Source: the human T2T-CHM13v2.0 reference genome, Homo sapiens. From it: DNA of 64,000 nucleotides. Below the pieces are notes generated by a model. It searched no databases. It was not told the origin of the DNA and was given only the letters and a program-made list of their open reading frames with translations. Positions 43,053-57,627 of this stretch are shown here, piece by piece. The stretch lies in NCBI RefSeq assembly GCF_009914755.1, contig NC_060947.1; one strand, 5' to 3'. Position 1 is the first letter of the stretch, and the number at the start of each line of letters is the position of its first letter. The position numbers and the translations under genes are program-made.

Positions 43053-44825
43053 TTCACCAGAATTTATTTGGTAACAATATCAATAGTGCTTTTGAAAGGA
43101 AGTTTTTCAAGATTAAGGGGTCTGGAAATTTTTTATAAAAATGTAGTTGCCCCTGTACTTGGGGCAAATGCTACCACTTCACCAAAATTTATAGGAAGTG
43201 AATGAGCTTTACAACCAGGCTAATTTTATATACATAATTCTGGTAGAAATGAGTATCAACAAAAACCTCCATAAAACCCACAGGTCAAAAATGTTGGCAG
43301 GTTAGTTTGTTAGTGAAAACTTAATAAAAATAGGAGAAAAAAATGCTTGCAACTATGTTGCTTGTTAATGTATCAAAACAATGTTTTACTTTATAATGTA
43401 TGCTTTATAATGATCTGCTATGCATTGCTACACATGACAGGAATTATCTAGACATTGCTGCTCATTCAATTAAACATATTTCCTTTTATTAATGGCAAAA
43501 CCCTACTATACTACATTTTTGCATAGGTAAAAAATTACAGGCCATACAAATCAACCAGTAAAATATAGCAAGTGAACTGATATTCAATTTGTCAGGCTTT
43601 ATGATGCTTGAGCCTTTAAAGTATGCTGAAAAGGAAGGGTGGGGGGCAAGATTTCATTATATACTGCTTGAGGCCAAAAGAACAAGAAAAGCAGCAAAAT
43701 GTTTTGTTGACTTACAAAAATAATGTCACAATGCATTTTACTTACAATTTCTTCTTTTTGTAGCAAACAGGAGAGCTTTTTTCCAATAGATTTTCTTGGA
43801 GACTTGCAAGCATTTCATAGAGTCTAGACAAGTTGGATTATGTTCTTTATCTCCATATCTATAGATTTTTGTAAACATTTCTGATATGATCTCATCTTCC
43901 CTTGGTTAAAAGTTTCCTCTGTAGCAACTGTCTTTTGAAATCAGTTCACAATTGATGATGTCCTCAATTAAACTTCATCTAATGAAAAACAGACTTATTT
44001 AATATTTTGAAAATCAATATTGATGGTGATAAAGGAAACTGATCACTTGACTCTCTCTGATGACAATTTTTAAATTTAGGTCATTTCTTGCCAAAATGAC
44101 AAAAAAGGCTGAACAATACGATGAATTTAAAAATGCAATCTTATTTACTAACCCTCTTCTATTAATAGAAAAAAAATTATTTGATATTTAATTCATGACA
44201 AATTATTAAAAGAAAGTGACTTACAGCATAGGATATCATAAATAGCCTGATAATTGGAAGATATGAGACTGGTCCAATATTTTCAAAACTGAAACTATTA
44301 TTCATCCATATATACCAGCCAATTTCATAGTTATTTACATGTTTATAAAACATATTCATAATATTTTAGTGCTATGCTTATATTATACTAATGAGATTAA
44401 TGTGGCATTTTTAGATTACAATGCCTTTTAATCAGCTCCCTTATTTGTCTTGGGTGATAATTTACTATTATACGATTTCTTAAAATATTGGAAAATTTTT
44501 TAAATGCTTATAGTTTTTGAAATTTATACTGTATGTCTTGATAAGTTCTGTGTTCTGTCATTCTCTTAGCATCATGGCCTCAGGTTACCTAACCCTTATG
44601 GGGAGCTAGCTCACTGAAATAAGCAAAAATTCTGCAACAGATAGGCATTAGGAGTAATTGAATTCTACTTAAGTGAACAAATACTCTCCCTGAAGAAGAA
44701 CTATTTACTCTAAAACATCTGTGTTAGTATGTTACCACTCTACATGTTCAAGGAGATAAATATGAGATAAATTATTCATTTTCTTTCCATGGTGGCAATA
44801 GTCCATAAATTATACCAAATCTCTC

Positions 44826-44975
44826 TATCTGGTATAATTATAAAGCCAAATATATATAAATTGTAATATATACTTATTATATATAATGTATGTATTTGGT
44901 ATAATTATATATATAATATATATTTGGTATAATTATAAAATTATATATATAGATACACACACATACATATATACA
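44826..44975. repeat. AT-rich low-complexity tract with three copies of tggtataattata
   Basis: Direct reading of the sequence. Confidence 0.7.
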
Positions 44976-47018
44976 CCAGTTACAAGATATAGATGAAAGA
45001 TTATAGATATGAGATTAGATGTTAATATGATTTTCTTTTAGTAAGTTATGATCAATAAAGATAGTATCCACACTGTGTCATGGGATTATTTTTCTCTTCT
45101 GCCTGGTAAAATGGAAATCTTCCCATTTCGAGTAATAAAAATATTCACACACACACACACACAATTTAAACTCACTTTTGCAATATGGATAAGTTCTGCT
45201 ATGTAAATAACATAAAATGCCAACATATATCTAATTACTTTCTCTTGTCATTTCTCCTTATATTAAAAGAGATATACTATGTATTTGTGGCTTCTTTGGG
45301 AGCATCAATTTATTTTGAATTGCTAGGTCAAGAAAATCACTGACCAGTAAAATATTAAAGTTACTTTAATTAGGTACAAGTTAAAGTATAAATATAGCAT
45401 TACAATGGTGAAAAATTTCTAGAAATTTCATAACAAATGCATATATGCTAGCTTCTTCCAACCTGGCCTGAACATGTAAAAGTGTTACATTATCCTAAAC
45501 AATAATTTCTCAGATAATTTTCAAATAGGATAACAAATTTCTTCTGACTTAGTATTTTTAATTACAAAATGGTCACTGAAGGAGGACATTCATTGTAAAG
45601 AATATAAAACAATCTTTTAATATTGTAATCCTTGCCACTTAAGTTAAATAAATCTTTGATTCCTAAGACATTAACACACAGAAAATAATTCCTACTTCAC
45701 ATGGTATAAAAGAAAATAATGAGTCAAACAAAGCATTATGACAGACTTGCTATAAAAAAAAATAGAAATACTGGCCCCAAACCACTGTTTCTACTGATAC
45801 ATGGAAGATACAATTTGTATTTTTAAGAGATAATGACGGCTCAGTGTTTTTACAAATACACTGAAAGTAAAAGTTACCTTTAGTGCTATAATAACAATAA
45901 AATTAGGAAACACTTCAACAGTGAAGAAAAACACACAACAAAATCCACTATTCCCAGTGTAAAGTCAATTTATAAAATAGCATCAAGCAATGAATAACAA
46001 AACAGAGGAAAGATAAAAGCAATCTTGCATTTTCTTCCCCCCCGCAATATTTTACACTCTACTATTTAAAGTGAGTTTCTTTACAACAAATGGTGCTTTA
46101 AAGGAAAGTAATATTTTTTCCACTTTGTGTTTGATAAAATCTTACCACATGTGGAATTTTCATTGATTTCACAGGAAGGAATAAGGAATCCAAGCTCAAA
46201 AGAAGAGATTATTCTTGGAGAGAAAGATCCCACAATACATTTCATTTCTATTGCCAAAGAATTTTAAGAACTCATTTGTCTGGGCAGAGTCTCTTCTCTC
46301 CAGGATTGACTTAGGTGTGGTCTAAATGTGCAGTTGACCTCTCAAGGTCAGTTCCAGATTTATGAGCTTGTAAAATTCCTTAAAGCCATTTCTATTCCAG
46401 GCTCTCATATACTGATTCTACTTTCCTTGACCAAGATGAAAAAAGCCTTTGTTCATGCTCAATGGAAAGCAGATCACTGAATACTGTTTTTTTTTTTCAG
46501 TGAAGTTGAACAATTCAGAACTCTTTTGATTAATGCAGAAGTGCTAAGAGTAGTCCTCCCTAATGTGTTGCTATGATATTCAACCACGCCACATGCTGCT
46601 GAAAGGTTCCTGTCTAAATGCCATAGGATGGGTTGAAACGTGCTCACCCCAGGCAATTATTTCCAGAACAATTAGTGCCTACTGCGATTTCAAAAAATAC
46701 AGCTTTGCTTCTTTGTCCCTCTGAATTGCACTGGTCTAAAGAATAGGCTTCTATAATTTTAGCTTATAGAGATAGACTTGTTTACCTCTGCAAATATTTA
46801 GAAAGTGAGAGCTATGTTTCAGGTGAATACACATCTACTCTAATCAGAAAGAAACATCAGAATTCTAGCTTTTTTGTCCTAAATTATTACCATTATTGCA
46901 ACTTGTTCTTTCAAAATTTTGGTAGACAGATGAAAAACTGCTGCCATTCTTCTTGATAAAAATATCAATTGTGGCTCACTGATACAATCTACTCATCTAT
47001 TTCCAGGAGAAGTAGTGT

Positions 47019-49045
47019 TGTTATAGTATATAGCTAGTCTGGTATGAGCAGGGAGGAAGAGGGCTCCGCTGAGCGCGCACACATACACATCAGGAGTGTC
47101 AGTCGACCATCAGGTAATGGACAGGCAGTTGTTAACTGTCTCTCCAAAGTAATAATTAGTCACAGCCAGCACCAGGGAAATGCAGTCTCCTAGTAGATAG
47201 AAAACACCTGAAACTCATCAGCAGCTTCCCAGTAAGATCGCAGAAGTCGGAAGAAGTGATGCAAGATCCTGGAATTGTGTCAAAGTATAAACCCCAAGTC
47301 AAAAGGTCAAATAGCACAATATCTTTCAAGTTGTCCGCATGGCCCTCGTCCGGGTACATTTCCTTCCTTTCATTCCTGCTCTAAAGCTTTGTAATCAACT
47401 TTCACTCCTGCTTTAAAATTTGCCTCTGTCTCCTTCTGCCTTATGCCCCTCAGTTGAATTTTTCTTCAGAGGAGGCAAGAATTGAAGTTGCTGTAGACCG
47501 GTACAGTTTTTCCACCACTAACATATTTTGGTGGTGTGTGACTAGGACACCCTTCACTGCCAACATACTTTGGTACCTTGTGACTTGTATAACTTCCACC
47601 ACTAACATACTCTGATGCTGCATGACTCAGATATGTTCCCTAGTGGCAACAGACCTTCTTTGGCTGGAGGCGTTCAACCCCTGTACGTGGTTTTCTTCTC
47701 CCTTTCTCTCTCCTGCTTACTAACCAGCCCCCAGAACAAGTCTTCTTGGCGATAAGCAATTCTGATCCCCGCAGCTGATCTCTCAGCTCACCCTGAGGGG
47801 TGGCTCATGGAGGTGGAAAGGAACTTGAAGTCCACACCAAGTAGAACTGAAGTACTAATGGCCATCCTGGACAGGAGGCTGATGAGAGTGGTAGGGCTAA
47901 AGCCTAAAACTGTGCAACATTTTGGGTTTTCTCGGCTTTTTCAACTAAAATCAGCTCTTTCTCCCAAATCCTGCACCATTTATTCTCCTGTTTTCTCTGT
48001 GTGTGTTCTGAAGTGGCTTTGAGCACCTGCCAGTTGGTCCACCTCAGGGGCAAGTCTACCTTTTCTCTGGTTTCACTTCGCATGCCACCTGACTTTCTAC
48101 TCTGCCTTAAAACACACACTCCCTGTTATTCATGCACCCATGGCTCTTGCTGTGTTTGCTCAGCAGCAGAGAAGTGGGCTCCCTTTTGGATGTCTGTTGG
48201 CCCATTGCCAGGACACTAACTGGAACCCCAGCTCTGCCAGCTCCTTACGACTTACCATACACTTTTTATTCCTGTTACACCCCAGGGCCAAGTTTTCCAG
48301 TGGGTCATGACACAGGTGAAATCCTGCCCCTGTACCCCTTGGACCTCACTGCATACCACTTTCGCCAACCCACAGAGCCAACCCTGCCCTGACAGCAAGA
48401 GGATAAGACCCACAGAAATCACCACGACTTCCACCCCTCTATCAGCAGGAAGCAGTTACAGAAGACTTACCTTCATCCATTTTCCCCAAAGAATTGGTGT
48501 CTTGGAATCTTGAGGAAAGAAACGTTACAGAAGTTAGCTAGTCTTGTATGAGCAGGACCGGAGAGGTCTACCCCTACCCTCCCCCAACACATACCAGGAG
48601 TGTCAGTCAACCAGGTGATGGTCAGGCAGTTGTTAACTGTCTCTCTAAATTAATGATTGGTCACAGCTGACACAAGGGAAAGGCCCATCTCTTACTCGAT
48701 GGAAAACACCTGAAACTGATCAGCAGCTTCCCAGTAAAGTCTCAGCAGTTGGAAGAAGTATACCAACATATAAAACCCCAAGTCAATAGGTCAAATAGTG
48801 CACTTATCTTTCAAGTTGCCCACTTGACCCTCTCCCAGGTGTATTTCCTTCCTTTCATTTCTGCCCTAAAGCTTTGTAATAAACTTTCGCTCCTGTTCTA
48901 AAACTTGCCTCAGTCTGCCTTATGCCACTCAGTTGAATTCTTTCTTCTGAGGAGGCGAGAAGTGAGGTTGCTGCAGGCCTGTATAGATTTTCTGCCAGTA
49001 ACATATTTTGGTGCAATGTAACTCAGATACCTTCCACTGCTAACA
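47019..49045 (+). mobile_element. Small non-autonomous ERV1 (MER4-group) provirus: LTR 47019-47564, ~960 bp internal, LTR 48523-49045
   Basis: Two homologous LTRs (gttaNag...agctagtct.gtatgagcagg...caccctgaaact-like...aaca), polypurine tract gaggaaagaaa 48512-48522, PBS-like repeats, 4-bp TSD gtgt (47015-47018 / 49046-49049). Confidence 0.88.
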
Positions 49046-49694
49046 GTGTGAAAGTTTATCTAAAAAATTATTTACATATGTTTTGGAAAACAGCACTCAC
49101 CCATGTCTGTAGTACATTTTCAATTTTATGGAAACAAATAGTATTACCAACAAATTACTATGATATTTATGGAGTTTCTGTGGAAAAGTTCCATATTGCC
49201 ATTACTTAGTTAAAAACATCAAAAATATAAATCACTCCCTCTTTTAAGCAAAACTAAAATACATTAAAAATAATTATATAATTTAAAGAATTTTGGCAAC
49301 CTACATAAAGTTTATGGTTTTAATATGTATTTTCTTGGCTTAAGAAAGATCATTATGCTATAAATACATGTGGATGTTTATATTTACTAGTCATAGTAGT
49401 ATAAACTCAGACCTTGGAAACATGCATTCTTAAGTGCAGAAGAATGAAAATGCCTTAAAAAGGTTAATTTATTATTATTAAAATTTAATGTCTTTTATAA
49501 TTTATTCTACATGACTTGTTTTGAAATTTTTGACTCAAATGGGAAAGAGCTTACCTGAGTTTACTCCAAGCTGTGTTCAGTCAAAATAGTTTTTCTTGTG
49601 TTTTTAGTTTTCCAATATCTTTAACAGATTTGATATATATTACATAATACATGAAATATAATCTAGTCTTAATAATATATTAAAATAATATAAT

Positions 49695-49830
49695 ATACAC
49701 AATTATGGTAAAAAATACAGCATCAAATTTACTATCTTAATTATTTTTACATGTACAGTTAAGTAGGTCTCAGTATATTCACATTGTTGTGTAATAGATT
49801 CCTAGAACTTTTTCATCTTGAAAACCTGAG
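49695..49830 (-). mobile_element. L1MB-type 3' end fragment
   Basis: aaatttactatcttaa...tgtacagtt...tatattcacattgttgtg...ctagaactttttcatcttg. Confidence 0.65.
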
Positions 49831-50679
49831 TTTAATAACTGCTTTGTATTCCATGGTTATTTTTCACTATATAATTGCAATGCTTAATTTTTTTATTTTT
49901 GAGAGTTAAATTTATAATGTACAACCATCAGTAATTTCTCAATCTAATTTCCTATAACATAAAATTATATGAGTTTATAAGATGTCATCAGTTAACCCAA
50001 AATATTTTTTCTAGTGGCTGAAAGGACTACATCTAACAGATTACCTTTTCCTGTGGTTTAGTCTCCTATCTAACTACTTAGAGTCTGGAAAATAAGTCAA
50101 AATATTTTCACAGCTCCTACTTTTAGGCATTAAATTACCTCTAGTACTTTACACAAAAGCAGATATAACCTCACAGCTCAGGCCAATTCCAAACAAACCA
50201 TTTTGTTTCTACGGATATGATTCCCTTCCTGCTTTTTTCTGCTTTGTAAAAAAAGTTCCTATCTCATCCATTTAATCTGTTTGCAGTGTGTTTGAGAAGC
50301 ATTTAAAGTTTACCAAATATACACCACTCCATATGCTTCACCTACTTAATTCATTTCTTCAAGTATTCATTGATTATTTTTTAAGTTGAAATGTTCCAAT
50401 ATCTCTGGTATCCCTACTTTAATATCATTTTCTTTTCTTCTACATATTAATCTTTACAAAAAACATTTTCCAAATGATTATACTCTTAATTTTGACATAC
50501 TTTCACATTTTGCTAGTTTAGTCACAAATTCCCTTCTTATTGTGGCTTCCTTTATTCTCCTTACTTTGAAGTCTTAAGGCAAATTAAAAATAAGAAGTAA
50601 GTTTAATAACCCATTAAATCCATTACAGAAAAAAATAAGCAGTCCGAAAAGTGTATTCTATCACAGCTATTGTTTTCTT

Positions 50680-50997
50680 TTTTCTTTTCTTTTTTTTTTT
50701 TTTTTTTTTTTTTTGAGACGGAGTCTTGCTCTGTTGCCCAGGCTGGAGTGCAGTGGCACAATCTCGGCTCACTGCAAGCTCCGCCTCCCAGGGTTCATGC
50801 CATTCTCCTGCCTCAGCCTCCCGAGTAGCTGGGACTACAGGCGCCCGCCATTATGCCCGGCTAATTTTTTTGTATTTTTAGTAGAGACGGGGTTTCACCG
50901 TGTTAGCCAGGATGGTCTCGATCTCCTGACCTCGTGATCCGCCCACCTCTGCCTCCCAAAGTGCTGGGATTACAGGCGTGAGCCACCGCACCCAGCC
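50680..50997 (-). mobile_element. AluY
   Basis: ctgcaagctccgcctccc, gccattctcctg, many CpGs retained, long T tract; TSD agctattgttttctt / agccattgttttctt. Confidence 0.95.
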
Positions 50998-51699
50998 AGC
51001 CATTGTTTTCTTAATAATAGAATAACTATGAATCAAGTCATTTTCCATGGAGAATGACTCTAACAATTCTAACTAGCCAAAATAGAGGACATTCTTGAAT
51101 TCCAGAGGTTGGGATAGAATTCCTGCAAGAGTTCATTAATTTTCTGTCACTTGCATCTAGCAGAGCTGTTGGAAGAGAGCAGAAAAGTAAGATAGTTGGC
51201 CCAAATTGCTGACTACCACTTTTGCTGCTTTCTTTATTACCAAGTGGCTGCATAGACTACATAAAATCTTGTCCAACCTTGAGAATTAATCAACATTGAT
51301 CTGTATAGAAGAGATTTGGCTTACAAGTTTGCACATTCCAACTGGATTGTCATGGTAACAGCATAATGAACAAATATTGTGCATGAGCTTTTTGATTCCT
51401 GAGTCAATTTCTATCCCCCCAAACATTACTTATATTTGATAAAGCAAATGCTGAATCATATACAATTCAAGAACATTTAAGATTTATAAACTGATTGCCA
51501 TGGTAGATGCTGGGTGAATGGGAAAAACGTGCAAATAACTTTTCTTGAGAATATAAAAGACAGTAAAACAGGCATAATTGTTTAAAATAATATGTGTTCT
51601 GGAAGGCAATATTTTATTTACTGCTAGGATTTGAAGTTCATAATTCAAGCGCTAGTGAAATCCAGAGACATAAAACGTGAAGAAAGACACTAGAGAAAA

Positions 51700-54600
51700 C
51701 ACACAATCCAATTAAAAAGTGGACAATAGCAAAAACATAAAAATCATAGGTGCCCATCAAAGGACTGAACAAAGAAAATGTGGTACATATACACCATGGA
51801 ATACTATGTAGCCATAAAAATACTGAAATCATGTCCATTGCAGCAAGATGGATAGAATTGGAGGCCACAATCCTCAGCAAATTAATGAAGGAACAGTAAA
51901 CCAAAAACGACATATTCTCACTTACAAGTGGGAGCTAAATGTTGAGTACACATGGACATAAACATAGGAACAATAGACGCTGCAGACTACTTGTATTAGT
52001 CTGTTTTCATGCTCTGATAAAGACATACCTGAGACTGGGAAGAAAAAGAGGATTAATTGGACTTACAGTTCCACATGGCTGGGGAGGCCTCAGAATCATG
52101 GCGGGAGGTGAAAGACTCTTCTTACATGGTGGTGGCAAGAGAAAAATGAGGAAGAAGCAAAATCAGAAACCCCTGATAAACCCATCACATCTTGTGATAC
52201 TTATTCACTATCATGAAAATAGCATGGGAAAGACTGGCCCCCATGATTCTATTACCTCCTGCTGTGTCCCTCCCACAACATGTGGGAATTCTGGGAGATA
52301 CAATTCAAGTTGAGATTTGGGTGGGGGCATAGCCAAATCATATCATTCCACCCCTGGCCCCTCCAAATCTCAGGTCCTCATATTTCAAAACCAATCATAC
52401 CTTCCCAACAGTCCCACAAAGTCTTAACTCATTTCAGCATTAACCTGAAAGTCCACAGTCCAATGTCTGATCTGAGACAAGGCAAGTCCCTTCTGCTTAT
52501 GAGCCTGTAAAGTCAAAAGCAAGCTAATTGCTTCCTAGATACAATGAGAGTACAGATATTGGGTAAATACAGCTGTTCCAACTAGGAGAAATTGACCAAA
52601 CCCAGAGGGTACAGGGCCCATGCAAGTCCAAAATCCAGTGGGGTAGTCAAATTTTAAAGCTCCAAAATGATCTCTTTTGACTCCAAGTCTCACATCCAAA
52701 TTACACTGATGCAAGAAGTGGGTTCCTGTGGTCTTTGGCAGCTCTGCCACTGTAGCTTTGCAGGGTATAGCCTCCCTCCTGGCTGCTTGCATGCGCTGGC
52801 ATTTAGTGTCTGCAGCTTTTCCAGGTGCATGGTGCAAGCTGTCAGTGGATCTACCATTCTGGGGTCTGGAGGATGGTGGCTCTCTTCTCACAGCTCCACT
52901 AGGCAGTGCCCAGTAGGGACTATGTGTAGAGGCTGCAAAACCACATTTCCCTTCCGCACTGCCCTAGCAGAGGTTCTCCATGAGGGCCTTGCCCCTGTAA
53001 CAAACATTTGCCTGGGCATCCAGGCATTTCCATCCATCTTTTGAAATCTAGGCAGAGGTCCCCAAACTTCACTCTTGACTTCTATGCACCCTCAGGCTCA
53101 ACACCACGTGAAAGCTGCCAGGACTTGGGGCTTCCACCCTCTGAAGCCACAGCCCAAGCTCTATGTTGGCCCCTTTCAGCCACGGCTCAAGTGGCTGGGA
53201 CACAGGGCACCAAGTCCCTAGGCTGCACACAGCATGGGGACCCTGGGCCCGGCCCATGAAACCAATTTTTCCTCCTAGGCCTCTGAGCCTGTGATGGGAG
53301 GGGCTACATGAAGGTATCTGACATGGCCTGGAGACATTTACCCCATGGTCTTGAGGATTAACATTAGGCTCCTTGCTATTTATGCAAATTTCTGCAGCTG
53401 GCTTGAATTTTTCCTTAAAAAATGTTTTTTTTCTTTTCTACTGCATCATCAGGCTGCAAATTTTCTGAACTTTTATGCTCTGTTTCCCTTTTAAAATGGA
53501 ATGCTTTTAACAGTACCCAAGTCACCTTTCAAATGCTTTGCTATTTAGAAAATTCTTCCACCAGATACCCTAAATCATCTCTCTGAAGTTCAAAGTTCCA
53601 CAAATCTCTAGGGCAGGGGCAAAATGCCGCTAGTCTCTTTGCTAAAACATAGCAGGAGTCACCTTTGCTCCAGCTGCCAACAAGTTCTTCATCTCCATCT
53701 GAGACCACCTCAGCCTGGATCTTATTGTTCATATTATTATCAGCATTTTTGTCAAAGCCATTCAACAAGTCTCCAGGGAGTTCCAAACTTTCCCACATTT
53801 TTCTGTCTTCTTCTGAGCCCTCCAAACTGTTCTAACCTCTGCCTGTTACCCAGTTCCAAAGTCGCTCCCACATTTTTGAGTATCTTTTCAGCAACACTCC
53901 ACTGTACTGGTGCCAATTTACTCTATTAGTTCGTTTTCACACTGCTGATAAAGACATACCCAAAACTCAGGACAAAAAGGGGTTCAATTTGATTTACAGT
54001 TTCACATGGCTGGGGAGGCCTCAGAATCATAGCAAGAGTCAAAAGGCACTTCTTACATGGCAGTGGCAACAGAAAGATGAGAAGGATGCAAAAGTGGAAA
54101 TCCATGATAAAACTATCAGTTCTCATGAGACTTATTCACTACCACAGGAAAAGTATGGGGAAAACTGTCCACGTGATTCAAATTATCTCCCACCGGCTCC
54201 CTCTCATAGTACGTGAGAATTACGGGAGTGAAATTCAAAATGAGGTGTGTGGGGGGACACAGAGCCAAACCATATCACAACTAGATGGGAGAGAGAGGGA
54301 AAATGGGTTGAAAAACCAATTATTGGGCACTATGCTCACTACCTGAGTACAATATATGCATATTATTAACCTGCACATGTACTCTTTGCATCTAAAATTA
54401 AAGTTAAATTTTTTTAAAAGTAGGCAAAAAACATGAACAAACCCTTCTCAAAATAAGACATACAAGTGTCCAGCAAACAAATGCAAAATGCTCAACATCA
54501 CTAATCATCAGAAAGATGCAAATCAACACCATAATGAGACACTATCTCACACCAGTCAGAATGGCTAATATAAAAAGTCAAAAACAGCAAATACTGGCCA

Positions 54601-55055
54601 AGCTGAGGAGAAAAGGGAATGTTTTTACACTATTGGTGAGAATGTAAATTATTGCAGCCACTGTGAAAAGTAGTTTGGATATTTCTCAAAGAACTTAAAA
54701 CTACCATTTGACCCAACAATCCCATTACATTATACCAAAAAGATACCTGTGCTTCTATGTTCATCACAACACTATTTATAATAGCAAATGAATGGAATCA
54801 ATCTAGTTGCTCATTAACGGTGGATTAGATGAAGAAAATGTGATATGTATACACAGTGGAATACTACACAGCCATAAATAAATACCAAACTCAGTTCCTT
54901 TCCAGCAACATGGATGCAGCTGGAAGCCATCATGCTAAGTGAATTAATGCAGGAACAGAAAACCAAATATTACCTGTTCTCACTTATAAGTAGGAGCTAA
55001 ACACTGGATACCCATGAACGTAAAGATGGCAATGGCAGACACTGGGGAGGAGGAC
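51700..55055 (+). mobile_element. Nested L1 3' fragments: L1PA-type piece (~51724-54415) inside another L1P/L1PB piece (resumes ~54416-55055), split by THE1C
   Basis: L1 3'UTR reads through across the THE1 (gactact | agatgggagag); aaaaagtggaca / taaaagtaggca repeated at the inner L1 edges. Confidence 0.75.
51992..54277 (-). mobile_element. THE1C-type MaLR provirus, full-length (LTR 51992-52345, internal region, LTR 53922-54277)
   Basis: Two LTRs tgtattagt...catatca; internal ORF remnant EGSEEDRKMWESLELP (53541-53825); TSD ctact / caact. Confidence 0.92.
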
Positions 55056-55447
55056 AAAAGTCAGGCTTCTTTTCCTTAAAACTTCTGAAGTGATTAATTT
55101 ACGTAAAGCCATGCTCTTCACAACATGATTTTAGATTACGATAAAATGTGCACTTGACGAGACTTTCTAATTTGCTAAAACAATTCCTTTGCTTTAGGTT
55201 TTGAAGAGCCTTTCAGTTAGAAGCTGGGATTTAGTTTCAGGCAATCTGTGAACTATGTTCCCATCCAAACTTTGCTTTTTAGCAAATCTGATATGTTGAT
55301 TTCCATGTTCATCTGTGCCACTTGGAAAACTTACTAGATTCAAGATCTATGAAACCAATCATTTTGGCTGATTTAAAGCTCTATCTGATGTTTACACAAT
55401 CTTGTTATCCAAGTCCAGGTTATTTCAGCCTATGACTTTTTATTGTA

Positions 55448-55816
55448 CGATATGGTTTGGCTATGTCCCCACCCAAATCTCGTCTTGAACTCTAGCTCCC
55501 ACAGTTCTAACGTGTCCTGGGAGGGACCCATTGGGAGGTAACTGAATCATAGGGGCAGTTCTTTCCTATGCTGTTCTTATGATAGTGAATAAGCCTCATG
55601 AGATCGGATGGTTTAATAAAGAGGAGTTCCCTTGCAAAAACTCTTTCTTTGCTTGCCACCATCCACTTAAGATGTGACTTGCTCCTCCTTGCCTTCCACC
55701 ATGATTGTGAGGCCTCCCCAGTCATGGGGAACTGTGAATCCATTAAACCTCTTTATTTTGTAAATTGCCCAGTCTCAGGTATGTCTTTATTAGCAGCATA
55801 AATATGGACAAATACA
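55448..55816 (+). mobile_element. THE1 (B/D-like) solo LTR
   Basis: gatatggtttggctatgtccccacccaaatctc...ggacaaataca; TSD ttgta / ttgca. Confidence 0.92.
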
Positions 55817-57195
55817 TTGCACCTATGAAATTAAATTATAATAGACACAGAATATTATTACAACATCTGCCTCTAATCACCTTGCAGACCATGTATAAAA
55901 ACAAATGTAGGAGACCTGAAGGTTTTCAGTTCTTTTGAAGAAAGTTTCTTTGTCTGTTGGAAAGTTGCCTGCAGAAATACACAACAAAATCTCATCTAGT
56001 AATTGTTTTCTCTCTAAACCATTTGCTTACACATATAGGCATTAAAAACATGATGACTATCTACTGCATAAATAAGTCTGTAATTCAGAGATTTCAGATA
56101 TTTTTCAAAAAGCCTAATTAATTTGTATTAAAACTGCTGTCTCTCCCACCCAATCTACTCCACATACAATTGTGTGTGTATACATTTATGCTACATTTTA
56201 CAAATCGACTTAGTACACAATAGCTGCATATTCAGTCATTCTAAAGAGTTTACTGTGTTGCCTCATAATAAACATTTTCTATCAAATGTTATCTTTTTAT
56301 GAAAATTTGCTATTACATATGACTTAGATATAAAATAGAATTATTTAAGATAAATTTCTAATATTAATTTTATTATGACAAAAAGTCTGTCAACTGTTTT
56401 CAGACCATTCTGAAAACAAAGTATCTGATACGATTTGGCTCTGGGTCCCCACTCAAATCTCATCTTGTAGCTCCCATAATTCCTACGTTGTGTGGGAGGG
56501 ACCCAGTGGGAGATGATTGATTCATGGGGGTGGGTCTTTACTGTGCTGTTCTCGTGATAGTGAATGGGTTTCACAAGATCTGATGGTTTTGAAAATGGAA
56601 GCTTCTCTGCACAAGCTCTGTCTTTGCCTGCTGCCATCCATATAAGGTGTGACTTGCTCCTCCTTGCCTTCCACCATGACTGCAAGGCCTCCCCAGCCAC
56701 GTGGAACTGTAAGTCCATTAAACCTCTTTCTTTTGTAAATTGCCCAGTCTCGGGTATGTATTTATCAGCAGAATGAAAATGCACTAATACAGTAAATTGG
56801 TACCAATAGAGTGGGGTGCTGCTGAAAAAATACCCGAAAATGTTGAAGCAACTTTGGAACTGTGTAACAGGTAGAGGTTGGAACAGTTTGGAGGGCTCAG
56901 GAGGACAGGAAAATGTGGGAAAGTTTGGAACTTCCTAGAGACTTGTTGAATGGCTTTGACAAAAATGCTGATAGTGATATGAACAATAAGGTTCAGGCTG
57001 AGGTGGTCTCAGATGGAGATGAGGAACTTGTTGGGAACTGGAACAAAGGTGACTCTTGTTATGTTTTAGCAAAGACACTAGTGGCATTTTGCCCCTCACC
57101 TAGAGATTTGTGGAACTTTGAACTTGAGAGAGATGATTTAGGGTACCTGGCAGAAGAAATTTCTAAGCAGTAAAACATTCAAGAGTTGATTTGAG

Positions 57196-57510
<315 letters not shown>

Positions 57511-57627
57511 AAGAGGTGATTTGAGTGTTGTTAAAGACATTCAGTTTTATAAGGGAAGCAGAGCATAAAAGTTTGGAAAATTTGTAACCTGACAATGCGA
57601 TAGAAAAGAAAATCCCATTTTCCATCC

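Noticed and set aside
47505-47650. CRISPR-like repeat array
   Set aside because: Eukaryotic LTR context; units are contiguous diverged repeats with no unique spacers and no cas genes.
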